Shown here: positions 33,739 to 43,828 of the stretch, piece by piece | Layout of the letters: the number at the start of each line of letters is the position of its first letter | Numbering within the stretch: position 1 is the stretch's first letter | Assembly (NCBI GenBank): GCA_044222185.1 | Contig: JBGANV010000001.1 | Coordinates: forward strand, 1,088,001 to 1,152,000 | Source: Planctomycetota bacterium | GTDB taxonomy: Bacteria > Planctomycetota > GCA-002687715 > CAIWVZ01 | Direction: 5' to 3' | Length of the DNA stretch: 64,000 nucleotides | The notes under the pieces: generated by a model | What the model saw: the letters and a program-made list of their open reading frames with translations, nothing else | The model's database searches: none | Told to the model about the DNA's origin: nothing | Position numbers and translations under genes: made by a program

Positions 33739-35157
33739 TCAGTTCCTCACGAACTTCACGTAGGGGAAGTCGAGCGGCTGCCCGTTGATGCCCTTGGTCG
33801 GCGGGCAGATGTAGTTTGCGAACTCGCCGGGCTTCGTCACGGGCTTCATGAGGCTCATGACGTAGGCGTGGTCGGTCGGTCGAGGCAGGGCTGCCTGGGC
33901 TTCCCGGTCCCACGCCTCCTCGGTCAGGAGCGGGTTGCCGTCGCGGTCGAACCACTGCCCGGCGTACGCGCCGACGTGGCGGTGGAAGCGACGGTGCGGG
34001 AGGCGGAGACGGTCCGGAACGCCTTCCTCGGAGAGGGCCCGGTTCCACGTGCCGAGCGCGCGCTCGCAGTCCTTGATGTACTCGTCCCGCAGCACTTCGT
34101 TCAGGGCGTTGCGGTACGCGACCTGCTGCTTCGTCAGCCGCCCGTTCTCGAGGACCTCCAGTTCGAAGCCCTGATCGAGCGCCTTGTGGTCCTGGTATTT
34201 CTCCTGTTCGCGGAAGCGTCCCTTCAAACCGGCAGCGAACCAGTCGGCCGAGTTGCTCGAGATCTCGCCCCCGAAGAGGTCCATGCCGTAGGTGAACCAG
34301 AAGTTGATGCAGCGTTGGATCGTGTCGAGCGGGATGCCTCCAAGCTTCGTCACGTCCCCGTTCGGAGCTTGCTTCATGAGCTGCGCGGTCCGGCGGACGA
34401 TGCGTCCCAGGCCCGTTTCACCGACGAAGAGGTGATGCGCCTCCTCCGTCAACATGAAGCGCGTCGAGCGGCGCAAGGGCGCGAACCCGGACTCGGCGAG
34501 CGCGGCCAGCTGATACTTGCCGTCGCGGTCGATGAACATGGTGAATGCGAAGAACGACAGCCAGTCGTTGCACGGCTGGTTGAACGCCTGGAGGATGCGC
34601 GGCTTGTCCGGATTGCCGGAACGGCGCGCGAGCATCTCCTCCGCCTCCTCGCGGCCGTCGCGACCGAAGTAGCGGTGCAGGAGGTAGACCATCGCCCAGA
34701 GGTGGCGGCCCTCCTCGACGTTCACCTGGAAGAGGTTCCGCAGGTCATAGAGGCTCGGGCAGGTGTGACCGAGCTGGCGCTGTTGCTCGACCGATGCAGG
34801 CTCCGTGTCGCCCTGGGTGACGATGATCCGGCGGAGTGCGTTGCGAAACTCGCCTGGAACCTCGTCGAAGGACGGCTCGCCCTCGTGGTCGCCGAAGCCG
34901 ATCGCCTCCGCGTCCTTCTCTTTCGCCAGGAAGATCCCCCAACGGTAGTCGGGCATCTTGACGTGATCGAACTGCGCCCAGCCGTCCGAGTCGACGGAGA
35001 TGGCCGTGCGCAGATAGATCTCGTCCTGCTGGAACCCGTCAGGCCCCATCTCCATCCACCAGTTCTGGAACGATGGCTGCCACTGCTCCAAGGCACGCTG
35101 GAGGCGAGGGTCCGACGAGAGATCGACGTTGTTTGGAATCCGGTCAGAGAGGGACAT
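33739..35157 (-). CDS. boxB: Benzoyl-CoA 2,3-epoxidase subunit B
   Basis: IPNNVDL, VKMPDYRWGIF, QGDTEPASVEQQ, EEGRHLWAM, DRDGKYQL, TEEAHH. Confidence 0.95.
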   Translation of the reverse strand: MSLSDRIPNNVDLSSDPRLQRALEQWQPSFQNWWMEMGPDGFQQDEIYLRTAISVDSDGWAQFDHVKMPDYRWGIFLAKEKDAEAIGFGDHEGEPSFDEVPGEFRNALRRIIVTQGDTEPASVEQQRQLGHTCPSLYDLRNLFQVNVEEGRHLWAMVYLLHRYFGRDGREEAEEMLARRSGNPDKPRILQAFNQPCNDWLSFFAFTMFIDRDGKYQLAALAESGFAPLRRSTRFMLTEEAHHLFVGETGLGRIVRRTAQLMKQAPNGDVTKLGGIPLDTIQRCINFWFTYGMDLFGGEISSNSADWFAAGLKGRFREQEKYQDHKALDQGFELEVLENGRLTKQQVAYRNALNEVLRDEYIKDCERALGTWNRALSEEGVPDRLRLPHRRFHRHVGAYAGQWFDRDGNPLLTEEAWDREAQAALPRPTDHAYVMSLMKPVTKPGEFANYICPPTKGINGQPLDFPYVKFVRN

Positions 35158-36830
35158 CACGTTCTCCGATAGTCGAAAACAGGCCGGGTGGCCTTTCCGT
35201 AGGAGGTCAAGGCACCCTTCTCCCCCACGGCGTTCGGTCGTTGGAAGATCCAGTTCTGCCACGCTGTGAGCCGGCCGAAGATCTTGCTGTCACACGTTTC
35301 CGGCCCGCCGAAGCGGAGCGACGCCTCCATGCCCGTGAGCGCGTCCGGCGAGAGGCTCGCGCGCTCTTCCACCGCGACGCGGACCTCGTCTTCGTAGTCG
35401 AGAGGGTCGAGACAGAAAGTCGCGAGTCCGAGATCGTCGATGCGCCGAGCGTCAAGCAATCCCGACTTCGACGCCGTCCGGATCACGTCGACATGGTCGG
35501 GCGTTCCGAGGAAGCGCGACTGGAGGCGCGTGAGGCCGTGTGGCATCGGCAGCGGCCCGAAATTCAGCGAAGACGTTCCCATGAACACGGGGCGCTTGGG
35601 TTCGTCGAGGACGTAGATGCGGTCTGCCGCGAGCGCCACCTCGAGGAGCGATCCGCCGAAACACGAGCCGGGCTCGACGAACGCGAAGAAGCTCTTCGCG
35701 GTTGCGTCCAGGCGCCGGAGGACGCGCGCCTGATGAAGAAGGACCTCCCGCCCAAACCAGTGGGTCTGAGCGCGAGCGAGGGCCTCGTCCGCGCGCAGTA
35801 CGCGTTGGATGTCGCCGGTCGTCTTGAGCCGCACGACACCGATCTCGAGAAAGTTCATCCGCAGATGGAGGAGCGCGCGATCGAGTTCGCGGAACGCACG
35901 AAGCGCCCACAGGTCCGCGCCGCGGGCGAGCATGGCGTCGGCAGTCTCCGGTTCATCCGCGTCGGGGCCGGCTACGGTCAGCGTCGCCGTGCGGTGCTCC
36001 GGCTCGAGGTCGAGCGTCACGTACTTGCCCTTCAGGGATCCGCCGGCTCCAACCAGGTCGACGGGCGGAAGTTTCACGCCCTGCGTTCCGGCGGCTGGTC
36101 CACCGGTTGCCGCGTCCGCGAACTTGCGGGCGCGCGCATCGACGTCTTGCTGGAACGTGCTCTTGGGAAAGACGTCATCCACGAGGTTCATGGTGATCGC
36201 ACGGCGGCCCTTGATGCCTTCCGCCACCGTCGAGAACACGTCGGCGTGGTCGCGTCGGACCTTGCGCTTGTCGACGAGCCGCGTGAGTCCGCCCGTACCC
36301 GGAAGCACGCCCAGGAGCGGAACCTCCGGCAGCGAAACGGCGCTGTTGCCGTCGTCGACGAGGTAGATCGTGTCGCAAGCGATTGCCAGCTCGTATCCGC
36401 CACCGGATGCCGTGCCGTTCAGCGCGGCGATCGTCTTCACCCCGGAATTCCGTGCGAGGTCCTCGAGGCTGATGCGGGTTTCGTTCGTGAACTTGCAGAA
36501 GTTCACTTTGAATGGATGCGACGAGGCCCCGAGCATGTAGATGTTCGCCCCTGCGCAGAAGATCCGATCGAACGCGCTCGTGATGACGAGGACACGCACG
36601 TCGGGATGCTCGAAGCGCAGGCGCTGGATCACGTCGGCCAGCTCGATGTCCACGCCCAGGTCGTAGGAGTTGAGCTTCAGGCTGTAGCCCGGCCGAAGCG
36701 TCTGCGAATCCTGCACCTGCATGGTGAGGCGTGCGATCTTCCCGTCCACCTGCAGCTTCCAGTGGCGGTAACGCGAGGGATCGGTATCGAACGAGATCGG
36801 GGGATGCGATTGCGTTTCGGTGTCGGCCAT
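35157..36830 (-). CDS. boxC: 2,3-epoxybenzoyl-CoA dihydrolase
   Basis: KLNSYDLGVDIELAD, VNFCKFTNETR, LPEVPLLGVLPGTGG, AWQNWIFQRPNA. Confidence 0.95.
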   Translation of the reverse strand: MADTETQSHPPISFDTDPSRYRHWKLQVDGKIARLTMQVQDSQTLRPGYSLKLNSYDLGVDIELADVIQRLRFEHPDVRVLVITSAFDRIFCAGANIYMLGASSHPFKVNFCKFTNETRISLEDLARNSGVKTIAALNGTASGGGYELAIACDTIYLVDDGNSAVSLPEVPLLGVLPGTGGLTRLVDKRKVRRDHADVFSTVAEGIKGRRAITMNLVDDVFPKSTFQQDVDARARKFADAATGGPAAGTQGVKLPPVDLVGAGGSLKGKYVTLDLEPEHRTATLTVAGPDADEPETADAMLARGADLWALRAFRELDRALLHLRMNFLEIGVVRLKTTGDIQRVLRADEALARAQTHWFGREVLLHQARVLRRLDATAKSFFAFVEPGSCFGGSLLEVALAADRIYVLDEPKRPVFMGTSSLNFGPLPMPHGLTRLQSRFLGTPDHVDVIRTASKSGLLDARRIDDLGLATFCLDPLDYEDEVRVAVEERASLSPDALTGMEASLRFGGPETCDSKIFGRLTAWQNWIFQRPNAVGEKGALTSYGKATRPVFDYRRT

Positions 36831-36867
36831 GGGGCCAGAGTCTAGCTTCGAGGCGGGAGAACGACAA

Positions 36868-36911
36868 GCACTATACTTCTCTTGCGGTGACCCATCTGGG
36901 CACTATATTGC
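36868..36911. promoter_or_regulatory. Putative BoxR operator(s)
   Basis: GCACTATA direct repeat (36868, 36900); the second copy forms the palindrome GCA-CTATAT-TGC in the boxC/boxR divergent gap. Confidence 0.5.
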
Positions 36912-36919
36912 CCACCGCC

Positions 36920-37687
36920 ATGACGGCGAGGCGCACCGATCCGGATGACCTGGACTTCCTGCGACGGCTGGGCGGCGTCGTCCACGTCAAGCGCCAGCGA
37001 CAGGGCTTCACCGCGAGAGAGCTGGCAGAGCGCTCGGGGCTCTCGCGGCGCTTCATCGCCCTGCTCGAAGCCGGCGACGGCAACGCGTCGGCGACGAACC
37101 TGCGACGCCTGGCGCGGGCCCTCGGCGTGACCCTGGCCGATCTGCTGACGGCCGCCGACGGCCCGCCTGCCCGTCGGCCCATCGCACTGTTGGGCCTGCG
37201 GGGCGCCGGCAAGAGCACCCTGGGAGCCAAGGCCGCCAAGCGCGCGGCGCTCCCCTTCGTCGAGCTCGACGCCGTCGTCGAGAGGTCGGCCGGCCTCGCG
37301 CTCGCCGAGATCTTCGCCGTCCATGGAGAGCAGTACTTCCGCCGAGTGGAGCGCGAGGCCCTTCGCGAAGTCGTGGACGCGGACCCGCCGGCGCTCATCG
37401 CGACGGGTGGCGGGATCGTGGCGTCTGCCGACACGTTCGCGCTCCTTCGCGAGCGCTGCGTCACCGTCTGGCTCAAGGCCACGCCCGAGGACCACTGGAA
37501 CCGCGTCGTGGCACAGGGCGATCACCGGCCCATCACGAGCCGGCCGGACGCCAAGGCCGAGCTGCGTTCGATACTCGCGGCACGCGCGCCGCTCTACGCA
37601 CAGGCGGATCACGTCATCGACACGTCGCACCTCGACGTGGAGGAAGCCGTCGCGGCGCTCGTGGAGATCGCGAAGCAGCCGGCTTGA
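36920..37687 (+). CDS. boxR: BoxR/BzdR-type regulator (HTH-XRE + shikimate-kinase-like)
   Basis: LAERSGLSRRFIALLEAGDGN; IALLGLRGAGKSTLG; RVVAQGDHRP. Confidence 0.9.
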   Translation: MTARRTDPDDLDFLRRLGGVVHVKRQRQGFTARELAERSGLSRRFIALLEAGDGNASATNLRRLARALGVTLADLLTAADGPPARRPIALLGLRGAGKSTLGAKAAKRAALPFVELDAVVERSAGLALAEIFAVHGEQYFRRVEREALREVVDADPPALIATGGGIVASADTFALLRERCVTVWLKATPEDHWNRVVAQGDHRPITSRPDAKAELRSILAARAPLYAQADHVIDTSHLDVEEAVAALVEIAKQPA

Positions 37688-37693
37688 CGCGGC

Positions 37694-38221
37694 TCAGTCT
37701 GGCTGGTCGACGGACCAATCGCAGTGGTCGCCACCCACGGGCAGTTGCAGGTCGACGCTCCCTGCACCGCCCGTCCGCGGCTCGATCTCCTCGTACCAAG
37801 GCGGCGCGAGCCGCTTGCAGAGGACCCGACAGTCGTGGGATCCGGCCCGTCCCGTTCGCTTGAGGTTCTCGAAAAACGCGCATTGCTTGATGCGCATCAC
37901 GACCTTGCCGTCCTTCACGAACAGCTCGAACTTGTGGCCGTACAGGTGCGCCATCGCCTGGAAAACGGCCATCTTGTCCGCGGCACTTTTTCCGTCGAGG
38001 CCCGCGATCTTCCTCCACGCGCGCGTGGCGATGCGGAACTGGGAGATGAAGACGCGGATGTCCACCTCCATCGTCTGCGCTTCGCCCAGTCGCTCGAGGA
38101 TGTTCATGAACCACAGTCCGTCGAGCGTGATGATCATCTGCCGCGAGAATGCGGCGATCTTCGCCCAATCGACGGCGGCGTCGTGGGTGAGAGGTTGCGG
38201 AACGGGCGCGGGCTGCTCCAA
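37694..38221 (-). CDS. DUF6125-like / V4R-related protein
   Basis: TLDGLWF...E..G...D and C...R...C...C.W pattern. Confidence 0.6.
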   Translation of the reverse strand: MEQPAPVPQPLTHDAAVDWAKIAAFSRQMIITLDGLWFMNILERLGEAQTMEVDIRVFISQFRIATRAWRKIAGLDGKSAADKMAVFQAMAHLYGHKFELFVKDGKVVMRIKQCAFFENLKRTGRAGSHDCRVLCKRLAPPWYEEIEPRTGGAGSVDLQLPVGGDHCDWSVDQPD

Positions 38222-38233
38222 GGGGAGCTCTCC

Positions 38234-39271
38234 TTACGACCCCACTCCGCCGGCGACCGGCGCCGCAACCGGAGCGGCCGCGGGCGCGGCCACGATCCTG
38301 TAGTCCGGGTGCTGTTCGCGGAACTTCGCGAGCTGGCTCGGGAAGAACATGCCGCGGCAGAGGAGCTGTCCGGCGCGATAGTACCCGAAGGGGACGATGT
38401 GCGCTCCAGCCGCCACGAGTTCCGGCTTCAGCTTCTCGTGCAACTGTGGGAGCTGGCTCCAATGCACGTTCGGGTGATCGTGATGTTCGATGTGGTACCC
38501 GATGTTGAACATCGTCAGGTTGAAGAGTTTCGACACGAACGTCGTCGAATGGCTGTACGGCCTGGCCTCGGTCTTGCGGACACAGCCAGCGTGTTGCGCG
38601 TACATTCCGGGCGCCATCACCATCGCGTTGGCCACGATCGCGGGAAGCAGCCACAGCCCCAGCGCCATCACTGGATCGATCAGGAACGGAATCGACCACA
38701 GCGCGAGGAAGATCACGAATTCGATCAATGCCTTGCGCCCGATGCGTGCCTCCCACCGGCCGCCCGTGAAGTCCTTCCAAAGCGCCGGGGTGTAGCGGAA
38801 CGGCCACGCGAAGAACGAGTACGTGTAGATGTTCTCGAACGACCCGTCGGGCCGTTGTTTCGGCAGCGTCCAGTCGATGTCCTCGAGCAGGTGCGCGTGG
38901 TGGACCGTCACGTGGGCGTGCTGCCAGAAGAAGGATGGCCACGCGCCCGACACCGTCCAGGTCCGCCCGAACCACGTGTTCAGCGCCGGGCTGTTGAAGA
39001 TCTTCCGGTGGGTGTGGTTGTGGAAGTTCACACCGACGTTGATCCCGGAACACCACCCGAGCATCAGCGCGCACGCGGCGACGTAGGCCAGCCGCGCGAG
39101 CACGCTCGTCTCGATGACGGCGAGTGCGCCGACCGGGTGCAGATAGAGGATCATCGCGAGGACGTACCCGAGCGTCAGCACGACGTGGAATACGACGCAA
39201 TGGATGTCCTGCGGATGCGCGAGGATCGGCTTGCGTTCAGGGCCCGTCGTATCCTGTGTCTGTGTGCTCAT
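38234..39271 (-). CDS. Membrane fatty-acid desaturase/hydroxylase family
   Basis: His boxes HNHTH, HAHVTVHH, HIEHHDHP; TM segments. Confidence 0.88.
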   Translation of the reverse strand: MSTQTQDTTGPERKPILAHPQDIHCVVFHVVLTLGYVLAMILYLHPVGALAVIETSVLARLAYVAACALMLGWCSGINVGVNFHNHTHRKIFNSPALNTWFGRTWTVSGAWPSFFWQHAHVTVHHAHLLEDIDWTLPKQRPDGSFENIYTYSFFAWPFRYTPALWKDFTGGRWEARIGRKALIEFVIFLALWSIPFLIDPVMALGLWLLPAIVANAMVMAPGMYAQHAGCVRKTEARPYSHSTTFVSKLFNLTMFNIGYHIEHHDHPNVHWSQLPQLHEKLKPELVAAGAHIVPFGYYRAGQLLCRGMFFPSQLAKFREQHPDYRIVAAPAAAPVAAPVAGGVGS

Positions 39272-39274
39272 GGC

Positions 39275-39436
39275 TCAGGCGATGCGCGCGACGATGCGCC
39301 ACCACAGGTACGCGAGGATCAGGCTGATCCACGGTCCCCAGAACACGGCGCCGACGACGATTGCGAGCGCCGTGATGGGAAACAGCGACCGCCCCACGAT
39401 CGATCCGAGGCTGATGCTGGTACCGCTTGCATTCAT
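39275..39436 (-). CDS. Small two-TM membrane protein
   Basis: 53 aa, hydrophobic, ends 3 nt upstream of the desaturase start. Confidence 0.6.
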   Translation of the reverse strand: MNASGTSISLGSIVGRSLFPITALAIVVGAVFWGPWISLILAYLWWRIVARIA

Positions 39437-39610
39437 GTGAGGGCTCTCAGAAGTCGCGACGCCGAGGACGAGCCGACGCGACACGAGGTCGCCGGAAGAT
39501 ACCTCCGGTCCCTGGGGTCGTGCAAACCCCAGCGGCTTTTCCAGTTGGGAAAACGCAGGTCGGGTGAGTCTCTTCCTCAGTGATCGATTTCGTCGCCGAA
39601 CACGTGGCTT

Positions 39611-40636
39611 TCACACGTGCTTGTCGCGACCGGATGTCGTGCCGAGTGGAGGCGGAACCACGATGTCCTCCGCGTGAATGAAGCGCGGTTGAGGTGCACG
39701 TCCCAGGTCGGCGGCGGCCGCATCCCACTCTTCGGCGAGGGCCTCGGCATTGACCCGCGGCGATGCGGCACGGATGCCCAGATAGGCTCCGTCCTCGGGC
39801 GCGACGCGAAAGCCGGCGCGCGCGAACGTCAATAGCCAGGGCGATCGCGCAAAGGAGGGCGCCTCGACCCGACGCTCCCCCGTCCCGATCACGGCGCCGA
39901 GGAGCGCATGAGCCGCGACCTCGTCTTCTGGCGGGACACGAAACTCCATCACGATCACGACCTCACCGCGGGGCCGCACGATCGCATGGCCCCGGACCGA
40001 TCCATCGCGATCGACGACCCCGAGCACGAAATCGTCGCGCCACGGGTTCGACGTACGGAAACGCATGAGCGCGCCGTCGCGCCGCACGTCGATGCTGCGG
40101 GCTGCCGTCCGGCGCGGCAGACGGTCGAGTTCATCACTGGTCAGCCGGCGGACGTCCAGGTCGCACTGCGTCTGAAACGGCGCCGGCAGGCGTACGGCGC
40201 GAATCTCCGTCCGCACGGGTTTGAAGTCGCGCACGCGCCGCAGGAACCACCAATCGGACTCATGCACCAATCCGAACACCGCGTGAACCCGCCCGCCGGC
40301 TTCCGCGTACTCGGCGAACGTCTCGTCCATCGCAACGAAGGACCCGTGGATGCCGCCGACGCGGTAGAGCTCGTCAGTCCAACAGCCGAACAGCCGCCCG
40401 AACGTCATCTCGTGCTCGCCGATCTGCATGGGAACGTGCGAGGCGCCGAGGTGACCGACGATTCTCCCGCTCGAGTCCTCCGCCACGATGGACGAGCACC
40501 CGAACGGGTTGCCGCCCAGGGCGTGACCGATCATGTGGCGGACGTTCTCGAACGGGCGCGCGGTCGCGCTCGCGAAGCCTCGAGCAATGCCGTCCAAGTC
40601 CGCCTCGGTGGACGGCCGGATGTTGAAACCACTCAT
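39611..40636 (-). CDS. GNAT-family protein (divergent paralog)
   Basis: NPFG..SIVAED..GRIVGHLG, tandem GNAT architecture. Confidence 0.7.
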   Translation of the reverse strand: MSGFNIRPSTEADLDGIARGFASATARPFENVRHMIGHALGGNPFGCSSIVAEDSSGRIVGHLGASHVPMQIGEHEMTFGRLFGCWTDELYRVGGIHGSFVAMDETFAEYAEAGGRVHAVFGLVHESDWWFLRRVRDFKPVRTEIRAVRLPAPFQTQCDLDVRRLTSDELDRLPRRTAARSIDVRRDGALMRFRTSNPWRDDFVLGVVDRDGSVRGHAIVRPRGEVVIVMEFRVPPEDEVAAHALLGAVIGTGERRVEAPSFARSPWLLTFARAGFRVAPEDGAYLGIRAASPRVNAEALAEEWDAAAADLGRAPQPRFIHAEDIVVPPPLGTTSGRDKHV

Positions 40637-40646
40637 CGTCGCTCCG

Positions 40647-41654
40647 TCACACGAGGTCGAAATCCGCGAGCGTGTAGTACCAATGACGCCGCAGGTACTC
40701 GGGCTCGAACTTCTGGTGGTATGGCCGCGCCGTCATCACGTAGGGCGTCGGCTCGGCCTCGAACCCCCAATCCTGGAACTGCGCGAACCAGGGGCTGGAC
40801 GTCGGGCAGATGAACGCGAGTTCTCGATGCCCGTCCTGCGCCGCGCGCTCGGCGGCCCAACGCAACAGAGATTGCCCCGCGGTCGTGTCACACGGATCGA
40901 GCATCCAGTCGACGATCACACCGTAGGGCCGCGCTGCGATCTTCGCGTTGCGATAAACGACGTAACCGCGGACTGCGCCCCCCTCACCCGGCCGCGAGAT
41001 CGCCATGCGATACGGGTTGCCGGGTGCATCGGTGAACCGCCAGTTCAGGAATCGAGAATCCCGGACCGCCATGCATCCGAAGATCGAGGCTTGCCGCTCG
41101 AAGCACTCGTCCATCTCGGATGGAAACGACGTGACGGGAATGGCGTGCATCGCCGGCGCCCATTCCGGGAGCCGCGCGCCGTCGCGACAAACCAGCATCA
41201 TCTGCGACCGCAGCATCCAGTAGTCGAGGTAGCGGACGCCGACGCGGTAGTGGTCGGGTACGGGCAGGCCGTACATGACGACGTCCTCGTGACTCCCGCC
41301 GAACGTCGACGCGTACGCCTGCGCGAGCCGCACGAAGAGCCCCGGGTTCCTCAGGCCACGTCGGATCGTCGGATCCGAGTAGGCGTCGCAGTTCTGACCG
41401 AAGCGATACTCGCGCCCGTCGGCACGAACACGGAGGGGAACGCCGCCGTAATGTGCCACGACGCGACCGTCCGGGTCCTCGACGACGAGCGTGTGACTAC
41501 CCGCGGGGTTCCGAGCGTATTTCCACCGCCACCACTGGGCGTCGCGCGGCTGGAACTCGGGGTCCGCTGGACCGAAGACCTTGTTGAAGAGGTCCGCGAT
41601 CGCGGTCTCGTCGCCGGATTCGTAGCGGCGGATGACGTAGCCGGTGCCTTTCAT
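40647..41654 (-). CDS. GNAT-family N-acyltransferase
   Basis: IRRYESGDE..I..LFN.VF, WWRWKY..NPAG, D...DP..R, YGLP, RD..FLNWRF. Confidence 0.8.
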   Translation of the reverse strand: MKGTGYVIRRYESGDETAIADLFNKVFGPADPEFQPRDAQWWRWKYARNPAGSHTLVVEDPDGRVVAHYGGVPLRVRADGREYRFGQNCDAYSDPTIRRGLRNPGLFVRLAQAYASTFGGSHEDVVMYGLPVPDHYRVGVRYLDYWMLRSQMMLVCRDGARLPEWAPAMHAIPVTSFPSEMDECFERQASIFGCMAVRDSRFLNWRFTDAPGNPYRMAISRPGEGGAVRGYVVYRNAKIAARPYGVIVDWMLDPCDTTAGQSLLRWAAERAAQDGHRELAFICPTSSPWFAQFQDWGFEAEPTPYVMTARPYHQKFEPEYLRRHWYYTLADFDLV

Positions 41655-41686
41655 GGGCCGGACTCTCGCCCGCGGCGCCGCTCCTG

Positions 41687-42685
41687 TCAACCGGTTCGTA
41701 CGCCCGGCTGGCTCCGAGCGAGATCCACGGCCTGCCTCGCGACGCGGACCCCCTCGTCGACGGCGGCCTCGATGATCCGCGAGTCCTGCTCGAGCGAGCG
41801 AATGAGTCGCGCAGGCGGAGCGATGACCGTGATGTTCACGCCGGTCGGCGGATGGTCGAGGATCCCGAGCGCGACCTTGCGCGCGTGCCGGCCTGCGCGA
41901 ACGGCGAGGGCTACGCTGGAATGCAGGCCCCGCCGCCCCGCCAGCGTGTAGAGCAGGAGCGTTTCGTACCAGGCCGGCCCTTTCGGGGGCGGCAGCGTGA
42001 GGATCACGACGAGGTCCGTGAATCCGCCGGCGATCGCCTCGACGACGGGAAGCGGCGCGCCACAGGCCCCGTCGATGTACATCCCATGTTTGAGGTCGTA
42101 GGCGTTGGCGAGAACCGGAACGGACGCCGCCGCGAGCAGGCTCGGCAGCATGTCGTCGCGCGGCAACGTGCGAACGTCGACGAACTTGGTCGTCAAGTCG
42201 TAGGCGTGAGTGATCGGAAAGTAGATCGGTGCATGAAACCCGGCGACCGCGTTGAGATCGATGGGCCGCGCGCGCGTCATGGCGACCTCCACCGCATGGA
42301 GGTTGATCACCGGGCGTCCCGCCGCCAGTCGCGCCATGAGGTGCGGCGCGTTGCGGTAGAGGAAGAACGGCGGCTCCTTCGCCCTCGACAGCTCGTCGAT
42401 GTAGACCCGCGTCCCCTGACGCGTCCGCTGCGAAACCCAGTACATGAAGTTCAGCGCCCCCGCGCTCGTCCCGTACAGCGCGTCGAACGCGTCGACCGGA
42501 ACGCCAGCCTCCCAGAGCCCGGCCTGAACGCCGGCGCCGAACGCCCCGCGCATGCCGCCGCCTTCCTGAAGGAGTGCCACGCGCCGACCTCCGCGCTCGG
42601 ACCTCGGCGTCAGGGCGCAGGCGAGCGCCGCGGACATGCCGCGTGCGGGAACGACGAGCTCGTTGCGGACGGAAACGGGAGGCAT
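41687..42685 (-). CDS. Patatin-like phospholipase (start uncertain)
   Basis: EGGGMRG, GTSAG, DGA motifs. Confidence 0.85.
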   Translation of the reverse strand: MPPVSVRNELVVPARGMSAALACALTPRSERGGRRVALLQEGGGMRGAFGAGVQAGLWEAGVPVDAFDALYGTSAGALNFMYWVSQRTRQGTRVYIDELSRAKEPPFFLYRNAPHLMARLAAGRPVINLHAVEVAMTRARPIDLNAVAGFHAPIYFPITHAYDLTTKFVDVRTLPRDDMLPSLLAAASVPVLANAYDLKHGMYIDGACGAPLPVVEAIAGGFTDLVVILTLPPPKGPAWYETLLLYTLAGRRGLHSSVALAVRAGRHARKVALGILDHPPTGVNITVIAPPARLIRSLEQDSRIIEAAVDEGVRVARQAVDLARSQPGVRTG

Positions 42686-42806
42686 GACTGGCGGACCGAG
42701 CGAGGCCGAGGCACGGATCGCCCGTGCTGTATCGGCACGCCGAGCGGGCATCATGACACAGAACCGGCCTCGTGTCTGCGCCGCGGTGCTCGGCGTGTGC
42801 GCGCGG

Positions 42807-43709
42807 TCAAGAACGAATCGGCCGGGGCGTGATAGCCGCAGGCCCCGCGAAGGCACCCGGGGCGATTCGTTCAAACGCGGCGGACGGACGACAGACGAAG
42901 CGCAGCTTCCGGCCCGTGATCGGATGCTGGAAGCCCAGGATCCACGCGTGCAGCATGAGTCGCTTCGACGGTGCCCCGTCGTACAACTCGTCTCCCAGGA
43001 TCGGATGACCGGCTTCCGAAAGATGCACCCGCACCTGATGTTTCCGTCCCGTCTCGAGCCGGACCTCGAGCGCGGACACCCTCGGTCCCGAGTGTCGCAC
43101 GAACCACCGCGTGAGGGCGTCCTCCGATCGGTCGCGGAGCATGCGAGGATCCCCGCGCCGAAGCGAGCGGACGTGGTGCCGAGCATCGTCGAGCTCGACC
43201 AGCCGTCCTGCGCACTCCCCGCTCGGCGCGTCCATCTGCCCGGAGACGATGGCAGCGTAGTGACGGTCGATCGCATGGGTCGCGAACGCCGCCTTCAGGC
43301 CTTCGCGTGCCGCGTCCGTTCTCGCGAACACGAGCAGCCCGGACGCCTCCTTGTCGAGGCGGTGAACGAGGTGGACGTCCGAATCCGTCCCGCGCTCACG
43401 GAGCGCGTGGCGCAGCTCGGACCACGCCGAGCGTTGCGCGCTCGACCGCTCCGACACGCTGATCAAGCCAGGCGGCTTGTCCACGACGATGATGTCGTCG
43501 TCGATGTGGACGATCGGAATGGCGTCGTCCGCGGTTGCCCGAGCCTCCTTGGGACGGATCTCGATTCGCGCCGAATCCGCCACGAGCTCGGCGCCACCGC
43601 GGACCGCCGTGCCGTCGACAACGACGCGATCGTGGTCGAGAAGCTGTTTCAGCGTGCGCTTCGATGCCGTGGGCATCAGGAGCTTCAGTCGTTCCATCAG
43701 GGGCCGCAT
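42807..43709 (-). CDS. RluA-family pseudouridine synthase
   Basis: VDKPPGL, VHRLDKEASG, ETGRKHQVRVH, HPILGD.LY. Confidence 0.92.
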   Translation of the reverse strand: MRPLMERLKLLMPTASKRTLKQLLDHDRVVVDGTAVRGGAELVADSARIEIRPKEARATADDAIPIVHIDDDIIVVDKPPGLISVSERSSAQRSAWSELRHALRERGTDSDVHLVHRLDKEASGLLVFARTDAAREGLKAAFATHAIDRHYAAIVSGQMDAPSGECAGRLVELDDARHHVRSLRRGDPRMLRDRSEDALTRWFVRHSGPRVSALEVRLETGRKHQVRVHLSEAGHPILGDELYDGAPSKRLMLHAWILGFQHPITGRKLRFVCRPSAAFERIAPGAFAGPAAITPRPIRS

Positions 43710-43828
43710 GGTCCGGGCATCTAACACCTGGATGGCCGCCCCAGAACGAATTCGCCTCGTGCCCCGCGGCGGAATCGGGCCCGTGGGGTCGCGACCTCGC
43801 GACGATGGCGCTGATACGATCCGCCGCC

